Shown: positions 50,580 through 61,694, counted from the first letter of the stretch. The stretch is 64,000 nt of DNA from a bacterium (GCA_963662285.2 CAXXMV010000008.1:1184001-1248000); one strand, 5' to 3'. Numbers and translations are program-made. The notes: generated by a model from the letters alone, not told the origin.

Positions 50580-52736
50580 TTAGCGCAGCATTCCAAGCTG
50601 ATTTCGTTCCTCACATTCCTGCAGGCCGATACGGTCAAACGGGATCGGTTTGAATCCTGTTTCCCAGGCGGGTGAATCCTTTGGCAGTTGGAAACCGGTC
50701 TTTGGTTCTCCAATCTGTTTCCGGTCGTTGGTCACAAAGTTACCATGAATATCAAATAGTGTCTCTTGCGCATGCCAGGTGATATCGATCCAGTCACCCA
50801 TACAAACATTGTGAGCAATCACATTGCCTTCAGGCGGAACGCCCGTGAAGGCGTAACCAGCGATGGCGGCGCCGCCGGGTGAACCGTAATAGGCGTCAAG
50901 AGTCTTCATTTCGGGATAGCGCTTCCGGTATAGATCGAGAGGAACAGAGTTCAATCTGTCGCGCATGGTTTTATCCACCATATCGCGCCAAACCTGACTT
51001 GTATCCAGGCCACGGCCATCCGCCCGAACTGCTGGATCGCAGTCCACAAAAAGATTGTTTTCGACGTGATGATCGCGTCCGCCGCCAATAAACATCGCCC
51101 AATGAGCCTTATAGAACACATTGCCGAACACTTCCGTCCCGCTTACGCAATCATCCATATACACACCCATTGATCCCATTCCCACGCCGCCGGTTTCGTG
51201 GATGTAATTATGACGGATGCGGTTGCCCCGGAATGTATAGTCCCGTCCTGTGTAGATTGCGCCGACATCACCAGTCTCCAAAGCTATGTGATGGATGTCG
51301 TTAAATTCAATGAGATGATCATTGCCCCAAAACAGGATGGCGCAATGGGGATGGTCATGAATTAGATTGTTCGACGCGCGCAAGCCAACTCCGGTCATGG
51401 AGACAGCGGGCACATAGCATTTCGACCAGCGTCCCAATCGAGCGAAATGGCTGTTCTCCACATAATGACCGCCGGGGGTGAGTGTTTGACGGTCTCCGCC
51501 CTCTAAACTGACGCCTCCGTCTCCTGTATCAAAAATATCGCAGTTTTGCACTCCGTGGTTTTTGCCATTGTTAATCGTGACAGCCCAGTCGCCGATATTG
51601 CGTAACAAACAACCCGCAATCTGATCGCTTTCTCCACCGTTTATCTCGATAGCGTTTCCCCGGGTTCCTTCAAACAAAATACCGCGTAAAGTGATATGGC
51701 TTGCGTCTTTAAGTATTACAAGGGGCCGTTCCAATAGTGAAAATAACGCTTCGCCGGATTCAATCGGGCTGGGAGGCCAGAAATAGAGTATGCCCGCCTT
51801 TTTGTCCACATACCACTCGCCGGGCTCGTCAAGTTCCTCCATGATGTTGAGGAAATAAAAACGCTGTTTTTTGTTAAATCCATAATTCCCATAAGGTTCC
51901 GCCGTTCGAAGGAATCGGCGCGTCACGTCTAATTCGGCGATCCGCTCATAACTGTTTGCCCAGTCATAAGCCCAATAACCATGAATCCAAATGTTTTCCT
52001 TGCTCTTCCATCGTGAGGGCCGGTCGCTTTCATAAAAGAATCCTCCCTCAAGCGATCCGATGTTCGTTCCGTGGCCGTCGTCTGAGCCTGTCTCTCTGGG
52101 AAAGTCTTGGATGTGTTCCCAATTACCCGCATTCGGCCATCGCGCCAGTGTCATCGGACGACTGTCAAAAAACAACTCTCCATGAGCGGGCAGAGTCAGC
52201 CTGCCGAATCCGCGTGATTTCAACGCGCCTAAATCATGGATGCCCTGGATGCGTAGATCGGCCTGCAGAACGTTGTTACTCGCAGATTCGTCGAGACGCG
52301 CGCGAATGTCAGCATCCATCACCTTTTTGAATCCCTTAAGAACACGCCCACCGAGTATTCGCACATGTTCGTTTTTGTAAGCGCGCCACACAATGGGCGC
52401 ATCAGGCGTTCCCGAATCTTCGGCTGAAAGTTCCAGTGATTTGCTTCTGATATAGTCGCCGCCGCGAAGCCAGATGGTTAAACCGTTATCGGGCAGGACT
52501 GCATTACGCTTGATTTCCCGTACCGCGTCACGGGCTCGTTCCAGCGTAGCAAATGGTTTTTGCTCCGTCCCTGCATTATGATCGTCTCCCTTGGGCGATA
52601 CGAAGATATCCGCGTTAGCGGTTATGCTTAAAAGCCATAACGCCAAAATCACCATGAAACTCAGCGTTTTCGAAGAATGCTTAATCTCATATCTTTTTTC
52701 AGACAAACACGATCTGTCACAATACGTTATCTTCAT
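50580..52736 (-). CDS. Secreted right-handed parallel beta-helix protein (GH141-like)
   Basis: Signal peptide; FVSPKGDD...PFATLERARDAVR, LARWPN, LDEPGEW, DVGAIY, GVYMDD. Confidence 0.85.
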   Translation of the reverse strand: MKITYCDRSCLSEKRYEIKHSSKTLSFMVILALWLLSITANADIFVSPKGDDHNAGTEQKPFATLERARDAVREIKRNAVLPDNGLTIWLRGGDYIRSKSLELSAEDSGTPDAPIVWRAYKNEHVRILGGRVLKGFKKVMDADIRARLDESASNNVLQADLRIQGIHDLGALKSRGFGRLTLPAHGELFFDSRPMTLARWPNAGNWEHIQDFPRETGSDDGHGTNIGSLEGGFFYESDRPSRWKSKENIWIHGYWAYDWANSYERIAELDVTRRFLRTAEPYGNYGFNKKQRFYFLNIMEELDEPGEWYVDKKAGILYFWPPSPIESGEALFSLLERPLVILKDASHITLRGILFEGTRGNAIEINGGESDQIAGCLLRNIGDWAVTINNGKNHGVQNCDIFDTGDGGVSLEGGDRQTLTPGGHYVENSHFARLGRWSKCYVPAVSMTGVGLRASNNLIHDHPHCAILFWGNDHLIEFNDIHHIALETGDVGAIYTGRDYTFRGNRIRHNYIHETGGVGMGSMGVYMDDCVSGTEVFGNVFYKAHWAMFIGGGRDHHVENNLFVDCDPAVRADGRGLDTSQVWRDMVDKTMRDRLNSVPLDLYRKRYPEMKTLDAYYGSPGGAAIAGYAFTGVPPEGNVIAHNVCMGDWIDITWHAQETLFDIHGNFVTNDRKQIGEPKTGFQLPKDSPAWETGFKPIPFDRIGLQECEERNQLGMLR

Positions 52737-52826
52737 TTGGATATCGTCTCCCTTTTGTTTGTTCCCGAGTCATGGATCAATCACAGATTGTGAATTGAAA
52801 GATTTAACTTATTTGTTAACATCCGG

Positions 52827-54728
52827 TCATTTTAATGCATCAGCATTGTACTGATCATATCCCTCTTCCATCCATTTCCAAATCGCCTCATTCCATTGTC
52901 CGACGCGTTTTTTCTCCTGTTCTGTCTGTGCGAATGATTGAGCTTTATTTATCAGAGCGCCAAGTTGATTCATTCGATCTGCTGTTCCCAAGCGCGTCCA
53001 AGCGACATTTTTCCAATCGATGCCGTTGCGCTTATACAGAGGCGGCGGATAGTTCTTGGGATTGCAGGCGATCTCTTCAATTAGTCGATAAAATTTCTCC
53101 ATCGGTTCTGCAGCCGCGCCGAAATACCGGACAAAAAATTCATTCAAGATGGCGTCCTCATTCTGGTCTGGATCATCCCAAATTTTAGCGATCACATATC
53201 CTTCCAGCATGTCCTGTTCGCCGCACACGAAAATCCCCCGAACGCCGTCTTTGATGAACATCCTCATTGTCCGCACGGACTCATGCACCATCATGTTAGG
53301 GAAACATTTCCATTTGTAAATCAAAGCCGGTTCCATCGGATGATGGTAGTAGTTCCATAGAAAGATCGGTGCTTTGGTTTTTTTCAACCAATCCTTATAT
53401 AGTTTCATATCGTTTTCGCGAATCTCTTCATGAATGGCGTAAAGGCACGTGTGCAGACAGGGAGCAACAGATACATTAGGCTCAATATCGAAACCTTGGG
53501 GCGGCAAGGCGTAGTTCCAATAAGCGAGCGTCGCGATGTATTTATCGGGATGAGTTTTACGCACTTCCCTTGCAACGGCGTTTACGAAGGAAAAGAAATA
53601 GTTGCTGACCGTGCCGCTGCTGAACTGGCCGGTATTCATGTCCTTACCTGAGTTCAACAACGCCTTGCACCGTTCGCATTGGCAAAAGTTCGAATTGTCA
53701 TCCGGAACAATCGCGAAATAATCACCTACCGCTTTCCAGCCCTCGGGTGCGTTCTTCTTGCCATCAAAGAAATCCCTCGCCTTCTGAGCAACTTCTTCGA
53801 TCAGCAACGGATTGGTATAACAGAGTTGCGTTCCACGACCCGGTCCTTGCGCTTGGTACGCTGGATTTTTGAACATGGCTTGAATGGTCTTGGGGTGGAA
53901 CGTGTGGTTCCCTGCCCATTTCTCCCCGCCAAGACGCAAGCGCCGCCAAAACAGATATTTCTCAGATTGTGTTGTGGAGCCCCACTGGCCTTTCATGAAC
54001 GGCCAATTGCCCGCCCAAAGAGCATCGCGATATTTTAGGGCTGGAGATCGTCGGATGTCTGTTCCCTTGACCGTAAGCGATGACTGCGAGGGAATAACGA
54101 CGCTCGAGTCGTTTGGCCCATACCAGCGCACATTACAGAACTGTTCGATGAAATGATAGGCGGCGTAACACGTCCCTTGGTCGTCGTAAACTCCCGGAAG
54201 TTCCATCTCGCCCGTGCTGCGCTCCGGATATCCTACGGTTTTCCAGTAATCAATACGCTGCCGGGTATCTTCCAGAGTATTCCCGCAATTCATCGGACGG
54301 CCGAATTCTCGCCGATTAGCCGCTGTATCCTCCCAATCGCGCCCAATAAGGATCAACGTGTTTGTCCGAAAAGCAATGAGGTATTCCTGCGGAGCAAAAT
54401 CTTCCCCTTTAATCCCCAACTCACGTGTGGCCGCGCTTTCTCCAACGAGCACACGGGTTCCTTCGATTTTTTCACGATCGGTGCGAATAGGCAATTCTGC
54501 ACCCGTAATCTTGAGAATGTGGAATTGAAGTTCTAACGCCGCAAGATGCGCCGCCGGTGTCGGATTTTCCGAAACGACAATAGAGCACGCAGGTTCACTA
54601 TTGCGCGTCAGACAAAATTCGGAATCTGCATATTCTGAGTTCGCATGCAGGGTGAATCCAGCGAATAAAGCGCCTATCAGTATACTCAGACACAGAATGA
54701 ATGATGTTGTTGATTTGACCATTTCCAA
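52827..54728 (-). CDS. Secreted DUF4838-like protein (glycoside hydrolase-associated)
   Basis: Signal peptide; AALELQ...ITGAELPI, GTCYAAY.F.E, HTF, LCYTNP, FCQCERC, TLAY. Confidence 0.8.
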   Translation of the reverse strand: MEMVKSTTSFILCLSILIGALFAGFTLHANSEYADSEFCLTRNSEPACSIVVSENPTPAAHLAALELQFHILKITGAELPIRTDREKIEGTRVLVGESAATRELGIKGEDFAPQEYLIAFRTNTLILIGRDWEDTAANRREFGRPMNCGNTLEDTRQRIDYWKTVGYPERSTGEMELPGVYDDQGTCYAAYHFIEQFCNVRWYGPNDSSVVIPSQSSLTVKGTDIRRSPALKYRDALWAGNWPFMKGQWGSTTQSEKYLFWRRLRLGGEKWAGNHTFHPKTIQAMFKNPAYQAQGPGRGTQLCYTNPLLIEEVAQKARDFFDGKKNAPEGWKAVGDYFAIVPDDNSNFCQCERCKALLNSGKDMNTGQFSSGTVSNYFFSFVNAVAREVRKTHPDKYIATLAYWNYALPPQGFDIEPNVSVAPCLHTCLYAIHEEIRENDMKLYKDWLKKTKAPIFLWNYYHHPMEPALIYKWKCFPNMMVHESVRTMRMFIKDGVRGIFVCGEQDMLEGYVIAKIWDDPDQNEDAILNEFFVRYFGAAAEPMEKFYRLIEEIACNPKNYPPPLYKRNGIDWKNVAWTRLGTADRMNQLGALINKAQSFAQTEQEKKRVGQWNEAIWKWMEEGYDQYNADALK

Positions 54729-54879
54729 GGCTCTTCGAAATTACGTTTTCCCAAAACAGTTTTGATTATACGATTTGCTTTAACAGTCACAACCAATCTT
54801 CCATCATACCAAATCACCTTTACAATAGTTCAATTTTCAACTCATAATAACCATAGATTTCTTATTGGATACACTCAAT

Positions 54880-55842
54880 CAGCAAAAAGGCGGATTTCAG
54901 TGTAACGAGGAGACACCCTTGCAATGCGATTTATTGATCATCGATGAGATGTCGATGGTGGACACGATCCTGATGCATCACCTGCTCAAAGCCATTCCTC
55001 TTCAAGCGACTTTTTTGATGGTGGGGGACATCAACCAATTACCTTCCGTTGGCGCGGGGAACGTTCTACGAGACATCATAACTTCGGGAAGGATTCCAGT
55101 AGTCGAACTCAATGAGATATTCAGACAAGCAAAATCGAGCTCAATTATTGTCAACGCCCACATGATTAACGCCGGCAAGGCGCCAATCCTGAAAAAAGAT
55201 AACGAGGAGTTGGACGATTTTTATTTTATCGAACAGGAAAATCCGGAAACGGTGATTCAAACGATCAAAAAATTAGTTAAGGAACGCATCCCCAAGCGAT
55301 TTAATCTGAATCCAATCGACGAGATTCAGGTTCTCACGCCCATGCAAAAAGGCTCAGTAGGCGGAGTGAAAATGAACGCCGAACTGCAAGCCGCTTTGAA
55401 TCCGTCCACCCAGGAAATAACTCGCGGGGGCCGAACATTCCTGGCGGGCGATAAGGTCATGCAGATTAGGAACAATTACGATAAAGATATCTTCAATGGT
55501 GATATCGGCCGAATCCGGTCGATTGATTCTGAAATGCAAGAGGTCAAAATTGATTTTGATGGGAGGGAAATCACCTATGAATTCTCTGACCTCGATGAGA
55601 TCATATTGGCCTACGCCGTATCGGTACATAAATCGCAGGGCTCTGAATTCCCGGCGGTGGTGATTCCGTTACTGACCCAGCATTACGTCATGCTGCAGCG
55701 CAACTTGTTGTATACGGCGGTGACGCGGGGCAAGAAACTGGTGGTTCTGATCGGAACCAGAAAAGCTTTGGCGATCGCCGTGAAAAATGATAGGACGCAG
55801 AAGAGGTATTCGCATTTGAAAGAGAGATTAAGTCGAGCATAG
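54880..55842 (+). pseudogene. recD2: 3' fragment of RecD2-like helicase (N-terminus and Walker A missing)
   Basis: Starts just before IIDEMSMVD; GDINQLPSVG, FRQA, GDKVMQ, AYAVSVHKSQGSE, RNLLYTAVTR; no SD or proper start. Confidence 0.85.
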
Positions 55843-55860
55843 TCAGGAAGGAAAAGTGAC

Positions 55861-56733
55861 GTGGGACCGATATCAAATAAACTGAAAAAGAAATTCTCAA
55901 ACAAAAAGAAATTGATTTTATTCGATGAAGTCAGGGAAATCGCATCCCAATCCGAGCAATTAGCGAATACAATCAAAACCCCGGATCGATTGAAAGATTA
56001 CGATCCGCTTCATGCGATTCATATCACCGCTCAAAATCTGGTTTCAGTTTTCGCCGAACAAATCTCAATACTCCCTGAATTAAAATTGTATCATAAAGAG
56101 GTTGCCAAAGCAGAAGATCGGTATATCCCGGGTTTCCCGCCGATAAGTCCTATTACGAATTCTTATTTTACCATGTGGGCTTTTTATGATTATTGTTTCG
56201 GCGACGATCGAGAGAGTATTGCAAGCATATTGCTCGATTTGTCCGGTATCTTGCACTTGAGCGCTGAGTGGTTGCAGGTTATTGAAACTCAAAAGCGCTC
56301 GTGTATGGGTGTTCACGAACATTGCGGTTTTTTCGAGGATAAAATCCTTTTGAAAACGTTGATAACCGGCGAAGAGCGGAAGTGTATATGCCCAGCAGGA
56401 TACAGAGGAGAGGAAGGAGAACTGTGGTTTGCCCGGATTGTTGACGCTCCGTTTTCCTGGCTGGATTATAGCGTGGTTTTTACGACTCCGTATCTTTTAC
56501 GGGGACATAACAAGGTTCAATGGTTAGAATATTTTGAGAGGAATGGGATTACGGAGAGCGATTCGGAGGCGCAACAGAACCTCCAGTTGTTCATGAAACA
56601 AGGCGACGCCATTTTTTATTGGCATGATTATATCCTGAATGGTTATGATGGATACCGAGATAATGTGATATTTCTTCGCGGCATTCCGGATATGCCAACC
56701 ACGTTGCCGCATGGTGGAATGTTTGTAGATTAA
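55861..56733 (+). CDS. Hypothetical protein
   Basis: 290-aa ORF with AGGAAGG SD; PPISP.T.SYF, GELWFARI, TTPY motifs. Confidence 0.75.
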   Translation: MGPISNKLKKKFSNKKKLILFDEVREIASQSEQLANTIKTPDRLKDYDPLHAIHITAQNLVSVFAEQISILPELKLYHKEVAKAEDRYIPGFPPISPITNSYFTMWAFYDYCFGDDRESIASILLDLSGILHLSAEWLQVIETQKRSCMGVHEHCGFFEDKILLKTLITGEERKCICPAGYRGEEGELWFARIVDAPFSWLDYSVVFTTPYLLRGHNKVQWLEYFERNGITESDSEAQQNLQLFMKQGDAIFYWHDYILNGYDGYRDNVIFLRGIPDMPTTLPHGGMFVD

Positions 56734-56840
56734 AACAAATTTGCCGATCTTTTCGATTCTTGAAAGATGTTTCGGATCGTAATGAAGAACGATATGAATT
56801 GGAGAAAAAATCTTTCACTAACAGAATAAAGAACTAGATC

Positions 56841-57257
56841 ATGGAAAAGAAACGAATGCCCAAAACAAAGAAAGAATGGTTGACGGATATCGCTGAGGCA
56901 TATAAAGACGCAAGAGAGGCCATACCGTTTGGAAAATTTTCTCTTGGGAGGCCTTTAAAAGAAGATGAACTCTTTCATCTAGCGCCTCAAGTGTGTTTTA
57001 AATTTCGGGGAATCAAAGCATCGGAGAAAAGAAAGAACGAAATCGTTGAAGGGACGTTGGCGAGTTATATTGCAACTATGGACGGTGGAGAGGGTGGCAA
57101 TATTTTGAAAGAATCGCCAATGTTTGGTTTTTGTTTTTGTTACCTTGCAGCCCACTATGTCGCCGATCTGCTCGAGGATGAAAAAGTCGCCGCCATTATG
57201 GATTATTGTGTGGAAAGAGTAGAAACTTTAGAATCTTTAATCTCTGATAACGTTTAG
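56841..57257 (+). CDS. Hypothetical protein
   Basis: 138-aa ORF. Confidence 0.65.
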   Translation: MEKKRMPKTKKEWLTDIAEAYKDAREAIPFGKFSLGRPLKEDELFHLAPQVCFKFRGIKASEKRKNEIVEGTLASYIATMDGGEGGNILKESPMFGFCFCYLAAHYVADLLEDEKVAAIMDYCVERVETLESLISDNV

Positions 57258-57267
57258 GGGATGAGCG

Positions 57268-57582
57268 ATGTGGATAATCGACATACGCCATTGGATAGAT
57301 GAAGAAACAGAAGAGGCTGCCGCGCCACAGTTATCTTCCAACGTAAAAGGACTAAAAGAGGTCATCCATTTTGCGACCTCAAAAGCCGCTGGCATTGACG
57401 CAGAATTACCCCGCTGCTGGCATCCAGAAAATAAACGTTGTGATGGTTATCTCATTGCGGAGATCGTCAGTCCGGAACGAATTCATTGGGCATGCACGGT
57501 TTGTGAATTTGAGGGTGAAGTGTCTGGGTGGAGAGAGTTGAGATGCAACAACTTGCGTTCCAATCAAAAACGGTTGCATTAA
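57268..57582 (+). CDS. Small zinc-binding hypothetical protein
   Basis: C...CDG...IHWACTVC..EG.VSGW. Confidence 0.65.
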   Translation: MWIIDIRHWIDEETEEAAAPQLSSNVKGLKEVIHFATSKAAGIDAELPRCWHPENKRCDGYLIAEIVSPERIHWACTVCEFEGEVSGWRELRCNNLRSNQKRLH

Positions 57583-57588
57583 GGGAAA

Positions 57589-57987
57589 TCAAAGATATTG
57601 ATCGATGTTTTCAACGTTGTTGTTCTGGTCAAGTGATGGAATCGAATCCTCCGATCCCTGGCTGTCAACACGATTTTGTTCGTTCGTGTGTACATAGGTT
57701 TTCTGCATCTGTTTTTTTAATCTACTCCCGGGCCGAAAGGTTGGAACAACCCGTTCAGGTAGATTTATTTCTTGCCGTGATGTCGGATGTAGAATTTTTC
57801 GTGCTTTACGCTTCACAGGCAGGAACGATCCAAATCCAACTAATACAATTCGCTCGCCTCTCAAAAGCCCCTCCGAAATCAGATCAAGAATTTTGGAAAT
57901 GATTCGCGTCGATCCTTCCAGTGTCAAATTAAATTCCTCAGAAATACTTTTGGCCAGCAGATATTTGTTTAATGTTCTCTTTGTCAT
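57589..57987 (-). CDS. HU/IHF-family DNA-binding protein with acidic tail
   Basis: GERIVLVGFGSF...RKARKILHPTS.QEI.LP...PTFRPG..LK; likely start ATG 57987. Confidence 0.85.
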   Translation of the reverse strand: MTKRTLNKYLLAKSISEEFNLTLEGSTRIISKILDLISEGLLRGERIVLVGFGSFLPVKRKARKILHPTSRQEINLPERVVPTFRPGSRLKKQMQKTYVHTNEQNRVDSQGSEDSIPSLDQNNNVENIDQYL

Positions 57988-58099
57988 ATCAGAGATTATA
58001 ATCGAGGGCTTTATATAATTTTCGGTAAGAAATAGTGCTTGAATAAAAGAAACGTTCCCCTCATCGGTTGTCTGATCTATCGAAGACAACCGACTCGAG

Positions 58100-58471
58100 G
58101 TGATAAAAATAGGAACAAGAGCAATTGTAACGGAAAATAATGAAGTATTGATGGCAATACATTGGGATGGATATCCGGAATGTTTTGGAAGAGAACTTCT
58201 TGAATGCAAGAACTATGCGGAAATTTTTGAATTAGGAAAGAAGCATTCCATTAATTTTCTATCCGAAAAAATGAAGTCCTATCTTCAAATAGATGGACCA
58301 ACCAAAGATTCCAAGTCTCGAAATTCAAAAAAAGAAACTCAATACGCGGATTATCCTGAATGGCAATATGAAAAGATAGGCAATGTTTGGATGTGTCGGC
58401 CTGTAAAGGGATTCTGGCCTGACAGCCGTCCGAAAGATGAATATAAACCGGTGGTTTCTTATCTCTTCTAA
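58100..58471 (+). CDS. Phage-type hypothetical protein
   Basis: GTRA...HWDGYPE..GRELL motif. Confidence 0.7.
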   Translation: MIKIGTRAIVTENNEVLMAIHWDGYPECFGRELLECKNYAEIFELGKKHSINFLSEKMKSYLQIDGPTKDSKSRNSKKETQYADYPEWQYEKIGNVWMCRPVKGFWPDSRPKDEYKPVVSYLF

Positions 58472-58622
58472 TCCGGAATAAACAATCATTTTTCGCTGGA
58501 ATTTGGGATTTTCAGGTTTCTTTACGATAAGGGAAAAGATTCAACAAAAATTCAAATTTTATAATAATAATCCATTATTTCTGCCTATCTTAATAAATGA
58601 ATCCATTCATTGAGGAGAAATC

Positions 58623-59438
58623 ATGAACGTTAAAGAAAAGTACCTTAACTATCGGAATGGGAACAATTTAAAGGTTGGGAAATTTAATGATCGTGTTAAA
58701 TTGCAACATTTTCTGCGTGACAATCTTGATGCTATTTGGAATGAAAATCCAAAGTTCACCTATGGTGGCTTAATCAGAAACAACATGACGGAGTATGCGA
58801 TCGCTTTCGCGTATTATGATTGCCGTCCTACCCAATTTTGCCGTACGCGCTGCTATGGACTGCGGATTAGTGGAATACATGATTATTACATGCTTCGTTT
58901 AGGCGTGCTCACTTCCGAATCCTTAAAAACAGGAGATTCACGATACTTAAATCCTGTGATGGATAAAATCCGCTCGCTCAATTACATCAAAATCGGACAT
59001 TGGGGCGATGCCACATTAGAGCAAATACCCGTTCTTGAGTCGATAATCAGCAATAATCCGAATACGACTTTTTGGTGGTACACGCGGAAAATCGAAATCG
59101 CTCTTGCCGCAAACGCATTGGGACTCTCAAACCTTCGTTGTTATCTGAGTCTTGATCCCACATCGAAATATCCTGCCAGGGAAGAATATTCCTATGGGAT
59201 TACTTATACGCTAGGAGACGGTCTCCTTCATGAAGAGCATGATCAGATCATCAATGACAATCGTTTGATTACAATATTTCCAAAAAAGAAAGGAAAATCC
59301 ATTGAAAATCCAATCGTATATGGGATAGAGAACCACTCGAAGATTTGCAAAGAGAAAAAGATGGAATCATCCCGTAAAAAAGATTTTTGGATTTGCCATT
59401 CCTGTTGTGGCAGGTGCAATTTTCTACCTGAGTTATAA
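58623..59438 (+). CDS. Gp88-like three-Cys (radical-SAM-like) protein
   Basis: CX5CX3CY (DCRPTQFCRTRCYG), IGHWGD, PNTTFWWYTR, LSLD, C-terminal CHSCCGRC; GAGGAG SD. Confidence 0.7.
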   Translation: MNVKEKYLNYRNGNNLKVGKFNDRVKLQHFLRDNLDAIWNENPKFTYGGLIRNNMTEYAIAFAYYDCRPTQFCRTRCYGLRISGIHDYYMLRLGVLTSESLKTGDSRYLNPVMDKIRSLNYIKIGHWGDATLEQIPVLESIISNNPNTTFWWYTRKIEIALAANALGLSNLRCYLSLDPTSKYPAREEYSYGITYTLGDGLLHEEHDQIINDNRLITIFPKKKGKSIENPIVYGIENHSKICKEKKMESSRKKDFWICHSCCGRCNFLPEL

Positions 59439-59469
59439 ATGATCATCACGGTTATAAGGAGATTTTAAA

Positions 59470-60189
59470 ATGTCTAAGATCGAATGGACTGAAAAAACTT
59501 GGAATCCCACTACTGGTTGCAGTCGTATTAGTAGTAGATGTCAGCATTGCTATGCGCAAAAGATGGCGAGAAGACTCAAGGCGATGGGGCAACCGAAATA
59601 TCGAGAGGGCTTTGATGTGGTATATCACAGAAAAGAATTGGAACGTCCCGCGTCGTGGAAAAAACCTAACATGGTGTTCGTGAATTCGATGAGTGATCTT
59701 TTCCACAAAGAAATCCCCGTGTCTTTTGTTCAAGACGTATTCGAGACCATGAATAGTACGGATCTCCATACCTATCAAGTGCTAACGAAACGTTCTGATC
59801 GTTTGCTGGAAATGAACGACGATTTGAAATGGAATAGAAATATCTGGATGGGGGTAAGCGTCGAAAACGCTCAGTACCAACATCGTATAGAAGATCTTCG
59901 GCAAACCAACGCTTCTGTAAAATTCTTATCATTGGAACCTTTACTCGGGCCACTGCATGATTTGAACCTGGAAGGAATCGATTGGGTAATCGTCGGTGGA
60001 GAATCCGGCCCAGGATTTCGTCTAATGAAACCAGAATGGGTACGCTCTATTCGCGATCTATGCGTTAAAACGATTACGCCATTCTTTTTCAAACAGTGGG
60101 GCGGTGTTAACAAAAAGAAAGCCGGTCGTATATTGGATGGGAGAACCTGGGATGAGATGCCAGCAGTTGTTACAAGTCGAATAAATTAG
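59470..60189 (+). CDS. DUF5131 (phage Gp37/Gp68) family protein
   Basis: SKIEWT..TWNPTTGCSRISSRCQHCYA, FVNSMSDLFH, LTKR, SLEPLLG, GGESG, FFKQWGG. Confidence 0.95.
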   Translation: MSKIEWTEKTWNPTTGCSRISSRCQHCYAQKMARRLKAMGQPKYREGFDVVYHRKELERPASWKKPNMVFVNSMSDLFHKEIPVSFVQDVFETMNSTDLHTYQVLTKRSDRLLEMNDDLKWNRNIWMGVSVENAQYQHRIEDLRQTNASVKFLSLEPLLGPLHDLNLEGIDWVIVGGESGPGFRLMKPEWVRSIRDLCVKTITPFFFKQWGGVNKKKAGRILDGRTWDEMPAVVTSRIN

Positions 60190-60417
60190 GGTATTTATCT
60201 ATTTTAGATGGTATACGGATGCAAAAGAAGTGTACTGACTTCGATATTATCTAATATATAATTTAATATCTAAGTCGATAATTGCATATGAATCAGGGAA
60301 TTACCCGCAATTATTCAGTAATTATTTTCAAAAATCAGTTGAATCCATTTTCTCCAAAAATCCCCTTAAAATAGAAAATTTGTTGTGATACGTTGTACCT
60401 TGATAAGGAGGCGAATC

Positions 60418-61524
60418 ATGGATAATCAAACCTCAAAAAAGAGGTCGAAACGGGTTTATGGAACTGGTTGTTTGTACCAACGAAAGGGCTTTTGGTACGT
60501 GAGCATTCGGCACGAAGGCAAGCAACTGGTAAGGGCGGTTGTAGAACCAGTCACCAAGCAAAGGGCGACTAATAAAATTCAGGCGGAACATTGGGCGCAG
60601 GAAATGATTTATCGCATAACTCATGGAGAAATGGGGATTCCACAGGAGCGAATCAAAAAAAGTAAACTCATTCTCTTGACAGGCCTGGATGAAGTTTACT
60701 GTCAAGCGTTTGAACATCAATGGGATTCAAAGAGAAAGCGGCACCATCGAGTTGTTTTGGATCGATTCATCAAACACTTTCCCTATGTTCGGGATATTAC
60801 TCACGAATCACTGGGGCAATATGCGGCTGAAAGAAAGAGTGCATCGATTCGTGGTTCTGAACGTTCGCCTGGAACCATTAACCGGGAACTCTCTGAATTG
60901 CGAAGGCTCCTGAATTGGGCGATTCAGACCGATATTCTTGAAAAGAACCCACTTCATGGATTTCCGTTTTTGAAAGAAGATAATCATCGAGAACGGATTT
61001 TGACAGACGCCGAATTAGAGCGCTTACTGACAACTCTCAAGAAAAAAGAATTTGCGGATTTCCGTCCGAATGTCATTATGGCACTATACACGGGGATGCG
61101 CCGGGGAGAGATACTGAATTTAAAATGGACTGATATTGATGAGACGAAAATGGAAATCGATCTCTTGAAAACAAAAAGTGGAAAACGGCGGAGGATTCCC
61201 ATTCCGGATATTGTATGGAAAGAACTCAAGAAACTTCCGAGGAATTCTGAATACGTTTTTCCTTCACCGACTAAACCGAATCAACCACGCAAGAAAATTT
61301 GGGATCGATGGACGGCGCTATTAAAGGTAAGCAAAATCGAAAATTTCCGTTACCATGATCTAAGGCACACATGTGCGTCACGTTTGCTGGCGAATGGTGC
61401 AGACTTGGCGGTTGTCAAGGAAATTCTGGGTCACACGACGATCGTTACGACGAGCCGTTATTTGAATGTGCTGCAGGAGGAAAAAAAGATTGCTTTACGT
61501 AACTTAGAACAAAATGTGAGTTAG
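60418..61524 (+). CDS. Tyrosine recombinase/phage-type integrase
   Basis: TINREL, TGMRRGE, TKSG, HDLRHT, LGH, RY; AAGGAGG SD before ATG 60418. Confidence 0.95.
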   Translation: MDNQTSKKRSKRVYGTGCLYQRKGFWYVSIRHEGKQLVRAVVEPVTKQRATNKIQAEHWAQEMIYRITHGEMGIPQERIKKSKLILLTGLDEVYCQAFEHQWDSKRKRHHRVVLDRFIKHFPYVRDITHESLGQYAAERKSASIRGSERSPGTINRELSELRRLLNWAIQTDILEKNPLHGFPFLKEDNHRERILTDAELERLLTTLKKKEFADFRPNVIMALYTGMRRGEILNLKWTDIDETKMEIDLLKTKSGKRRRIPIPDIVWKELKKLPRNSEYVFPSPTKPNQPRKKIWDRWTALLKVSKIENFRYHDLRHTCASRLLANGADLAVVKEILGHTTIVTTSRYLNVLQEEKKIALRNLEQNVS

Positions 61525-61694
61525 AATCATCTAAATATCTGTAGTGTGATCTGATCAACTATAGGATTTCATGGTTATGCTCATTTTTTTTCAACAACAT
61601 CACCTTTTCAATTTGTCAAAAGTGTCAGATTTTGTCTCACCTATTTCAATTCAACTATTACCCCAACAAACAGTTGGATTTCATTAATTCCTGC

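Noticed and set aside
57988-58209. N-terminal extension of the HU-like ORF
   Set aside because: It overlaps the divergent 58100 gene, and HU similarity starts at Met 57987
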